A stretch of DNA of 39,957 bases from Gemmatimonadota bacterium (lineage in GTDB: Bacteria; Latescibacterota; UBA2968; UBA8231): positions 9,092 through 49,048 of the forward strand of contig JAYOYH010000034.1 in NCBI GenBank assembly GCA_038153405.1. The letters are read 5' to 3'. Below the pieces are notes generated by a model. That model searched no databases and was not told where the DNA came from. It worked only from the letters and a program-made list of their open reading frames with translations. Shown piece by piece: positions 37,801-39,957 of this stretch (its first letter is position 1; the number at the start of each line of letters is the position of its first letter). The position numbers were made by a program, and so were the translations under genes.

Positions 37801-38726
37801 GCAGCATGAGCATTCCGCAGAGCTGGGGCGTGGCCATCTGTTGGATGGCCAATATGGACGGCGCCGACCGCCCCGCGCGCGACCTGGCCAAACAGATCCA
37901 AGCGCAGTGGGTATGGATGCACGATTCCTGGCGCAACCCCTACATTCCCCAGCTGCCCGTCATGCCCGAATCCGTGCTCGACTGGGGCACAAACAACGCG
38001 ACGTACCACCCCTACTGGCGCAATGAATTTGTAACGGGCACCGATCCCGACTTACTGGTTTCGCTCTGGCGCACGCCCGAGCGCATCGTATTGGGGCTGT
38101 TTAATCACGGCAAGGACGGAGTGATTGACGACGAGCTCCGCGTGGATTTGGCGGCACTCGGCTTGGACCCCCAGCGCGTATACGCCCGCACGCTGTGGGA
38201 TGCGTTCGGTGGCCAGGCGACCCTAGACAAGACGGGCAGCGTGCTGCAGGTGCGCGACCTGCCGAGCCACAGACTACTGTTAGTGGGACTGGCTGAGGTA
38301 GACCCGAGCGCATTCGAGCAGGCGAGCGAACACCTGCCCGCGCCGTTTGCAGGCGACGTGCCCCCCTCTGTGGTCGACTTTGGCCTCGTCCATGCCGAGA
38401 CGCAGTATTACGCTTCCGGGACGAGTCCGTCTCTGGGCTGGGACGACGGCGCGCTGCGCGTGGGGCTGTGGCAGCGCAGCGATCGCATTCTGCTGTCGAT
38501 TGAGAATACAGATAAGACGGCCCCGCGCGATGCGGCTATCCGCCTGGACCTCGACGCGCTCGGCCTGAGACCCCAGCTGCCCTGGCAAGAATTTGTCGGC
38601 GTGCGCGACTTAAATCCAACAGACGGGGAAGAGACGAGCGCCTCGTTGGACTATCACGACCGCACGCTGCACGTAGAATCCATTGCGCCGCAGTCTGTGC
38701 GCCTAGTCGCGATACGACTCTACTGA
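34863..38726 (+). CDS. Large secreted putative glycoside hydrolase (CBM9-like N-terminal domain, DUF6067-like core)
   Basis: GGAGA RBS before ATG 34863 and a signal peptide ...FTIAAGADE. The ORF-track start at 34503 lies inside phyH. CBM9-like APVIDG..EW...GWDPDHLYFA. Core motifs VLPPYT, WIGSERRGFLW..DNDRGW, TPFKP, YWD, HSTN and DGE. Confidence 0.6.
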   Translation: MHMSTHLRRSLLTLSALLFTIAAGADETLIEVPSFAVTRMRQAPVIDGAINATEWQEALAVSGVADQSTDMSKPLLPRPTTFYLGWDPDHLYFAARTYIKPGHKPAVTAGRSQGLAYVWDAGLELNWHPMGANVPAGNKANAYKWFLNALGFIGDTSRLALGQQFKSWNPQFEIQARLTDPGTAPDGGRWWEMEMRATPEGFELDGPHQAGDQWRMMLGINHFPAWMQARIPCRGPYLDPYGFNLMTLVDETPSVQMTMDSIPNLATDGTAAIDLYAFNPTEQPVELTFSVSIADALERIEILSIPPGRRAGFSLNKKLPETVTEGLASVSVTQGERSLFSYSVPFSVGAYASMLAPSTPPDTTNFAFETRFNPVRSWLLVKGDTYFLEDATLAKALHYRVFSEAVDKPIATGSITQVAEYYLQDIVQLPALEPGTYHIEATMELTNGRTLGPMKGQFIKKDEAKEYAHWWKNEYGNVERVLPPYTALVQQDERVASLGRTYHLNALGLPKRIVSNGADVSAAPARVVVVRDGVEHVIPLGDPRFTETTDWRVRFAGETQGAGLRLGSEGWVEQDGLVYIDLTYGPSGDPVEIDALRLEYPLSEEDADALLCIGPGNNYSSRTTMLLPKDATGSLWSTLDTGINGSGMTVGSFYPTVWIGSERRGFLWWADNDRGWIQNNAVPAHEVVRRDEGVVLINHIVAQPTSLSADHTLALSYIATPFKPMVKGWRMTQSTEDGTFHQPFRNVRTDSKTGLNVFQNPGGGLLHVNWIHPESRYPEEWEDLWHQQRTEGFAGWPAADSVAHAMQWRDPYAARKFGFTHMSFQVYGYGRKTLEDHLYDYFGSEWEAAGNGDTWHDTYTDYAMYLFDGAFNRGGVRSTYWDLTFPLLFSDPLSGLAYRLPDGRMQSGYHGWNLRRFYKRLHAMQYDAGLVPGANGFHSTNAYLPVAMTWTDAVLDGERNWDLDSSPLDWVDNMPIERMRSMSIPQSWGVAICWMANMDGADRPARDLAKQIQAQWVWMHDSWRNPYIPQLPVMPESVLDWGTNNATYHPYWRNEFVTGTDPDLLVSLWRTPERIVLGLFNHGKDGVIDDELRVDLAALGLDPQRVYARTLWDAFGGQATLDKTGSVLQVRDLPSHRLLLVGLAEVDPSAFEQASEHLPAPFAGDVPPSVVDFGLVHAETQYYASGTSPSLGWDDGALRVGLWQRSDRILLSIENTDKTAPRDAAIRLDLDALGLRPQLPWQEFVGVRDLNPTDGEETSASLDYHDRTLHVESIAPQSVRLVAIRLY

Positions 38727-38807
38727 GCGGCACAGCCCTCTGGGATTGGGCACGTAGCCAGAAAAGCGCTGAAAGGAGAGTCGCTCTATCCCGCTACTAG
38801 GTGCGCA

Positions 38808-39722
38808 CTATTCCATCGGCAACGCGTCTAGGTAATGGGCGGCCGACGCACCGAGCGCGTCTCGGTGCATGCGCCAGCGATCGGAGAAAAAGTCTTCGCC
38901 TATTTGGATGTCAAACAGGTGCGTGCCCAAGCGATTCAACGCTCTTTCCTCGTCGAAAAGCGACTCGGCGTAGACAATCCGATCGCCCTCGCCCCGCTCG
39001 CCGAGCAGTTTGGCAAAGTATTGCGTGGTTAGGCTTTGCCGCCGAGCCATGGACGAACCGGGAATTACAACGCGCAGCGAAGCCCATTGCTCAGTCCCGA
39101 GTTCGGCGCGCCATGCCATGGCCTGTGCGTGGTAATTATCAATGCGATACGCCGCTGCACGGTCCAAATTCGCTTGGGCGTGGCCGACGTTCTGCCGAAT
39201 AAATTCAATCAACTCATCCCGCGAAACGCGCCCCGTGCGCAACACTCCATTTACAAACTGCGTACAACCTTCCAGCACCGCCTGCTGGCGCGGCGTATCC
39301 TCTGCGTCGTAAACACCCTGCTCAAAAACATCTAACGCTCCGTCTATCAGAAGCAACACGCCTCTTAACCGATCGGCCACTTCCTCTTTTAAGGGCCCAT
39401 CGGGCTCCTCGGCCAACGCACAGTATATGGCAATGGGCGTGTGGGCAACGGTCTTTAAATCGTGGTAGGCGCGGTCGACCGTCGTGCCCACGGTGCGCTC
39501 CCCCTGATTGATGAGGATTAACCGGTCGCCCGTTGCAACAATGATAGGACCACTGCTGTTTAGCACACTTTGACGAGCATGCGCATAGTTCGCGCGAAAA
39601 TACGCATTCAGCGCCTGTATGGGATCGCTGGACGATTTGGCGTATGGGTTATCCGCAGCTTCAGCAGAGATGAAAAAGAACGAACAGAATAGGGCTGAGG
39701 CCGTCCGCGTGATCCTCTTCAC
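38808..39722 (-). CDS. Hypothetical exported alpha-helical protein
   Basis: 304-aa ORF with an AGGAGG RBS before GTG and signal peptide MKRITRTASALFCSFFFISAEAA. No recognised family. Confidence 0.75.
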   Translation of the reverse strand: MKRITRTASALFCSFFFISAEAADNPYAKSSSDPIQALNAYFRANYAHARQSVLNSSGPIIVATGDRLILINQGERTVGTTVDRAYHDLKTVAHTPIAIYCALAEEPDGPLKEEVADRLRGVLLLIDGALDVFEQGVYDAEDTPRQQAVLEGCTQFVNGVLRTGRVSRDELIEFIRQNVGHAQANLDRAAAYRIDNYHAQAMAWRAELGTEQWASLRVVIPGSSMARRQSLTTQYFAKLLGERGEGDRIVYAESLFDEERALNRLGTHLFDIQIGEDFFSDRWRMHRDALGASAAHYLDALPME

Positions 39723-39768
39723 AAGGCATCCTCCTATGGGAAATAGTCAAAACAGCACAGCGGGAGTT

Positions 39769-39957
39769 CTACAGACCTCCTCCCATGGCCGACCCTACAT
39801 CGGGGGTATCGTTGGGAGGTTTACGGTGGGTTTTGTCATCTACGCTTCGGTAGAAAACCAAGATGCCGATGGAGGCTATGAAGGGCAGGAGCCACACGAG
39901 CAGAAGTTGGGCCCTCTTCTGAAACAGAGTGAACTCCGTTCGTCTGCGTATGAGAAG
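39769..39957 (-). CDS. Small membrane protein, 5'-partial
   Basis: Open frame from the window end: LLIRRRTEFTLFQKRAQLLLVWLLPFIASIGILVFYRSVDD...GGGL-stop (TAG at 39771-39769). One hydrophobic segment. Not in the ORF track. Confidence 0.55.
   Translation of the reverse strand, partial: LLIRRRTEFTLFQKRAQLLLVWLLPFIASIGILVFYRSVDDKTHRKPPNDTPDVGSAMGGGL

Noticed and set aside
38727..38807. Bidirectional terminator between convergent genes
   Set aside because: No convincing stem-loop with a U-tract on either strand.

Overview
This is a gene-dense, GC-rich bacterial window. It probably comes from an FCB-group organism such as Candidatus Latescibacterota; this is inferred only from the FlgD-Ig/T9SS-like C-terminal tails and the ASPIC/UnbV, PhyH and ankyrin content. 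Left part: the 3' portion of a YHYH-domain protein with a (TTDQ)n linker, a secreted PQQ/sorbosone-dehydrogenase-like protein with a T9SS type A-like tail, and a divergent operon (CUT1 sugar ABC binding protein, two permeases, a CBM9-like protein and an ASPIC/UnbV-TPR lipoprotein). Centre: a tightly coupled 12-gene, ~20.6 kb minus-strand operon (31902 to 11325). It encodes two secreted proteins with type A-like and type B-like C-terminal sorting domains, three large paralogous putative outer-membrane beta-barrels with Asp-rich Ca-binding-like loops, a 1078-aa TPR protein, a membrane-anchored DUF4159-like protein, a lipoprotein, a CsgG/FlgT-like protein, and ExbB plus two ExbD. It has no recognisable TonB C-terminal domain or TonB-dependent receptor. 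This operon is the best candidate for an undescribed proton-motive-force-driven trans-envelope machine. Right part: an ankyrin protein, a PhyH dioxygenase, a large putative glycoside hydrolase and two hypothetical genes. No rRNA, tRNA, CRISPR array or mobile element was recognised. All domain calls come from motif recognition by eye, not from database searches.
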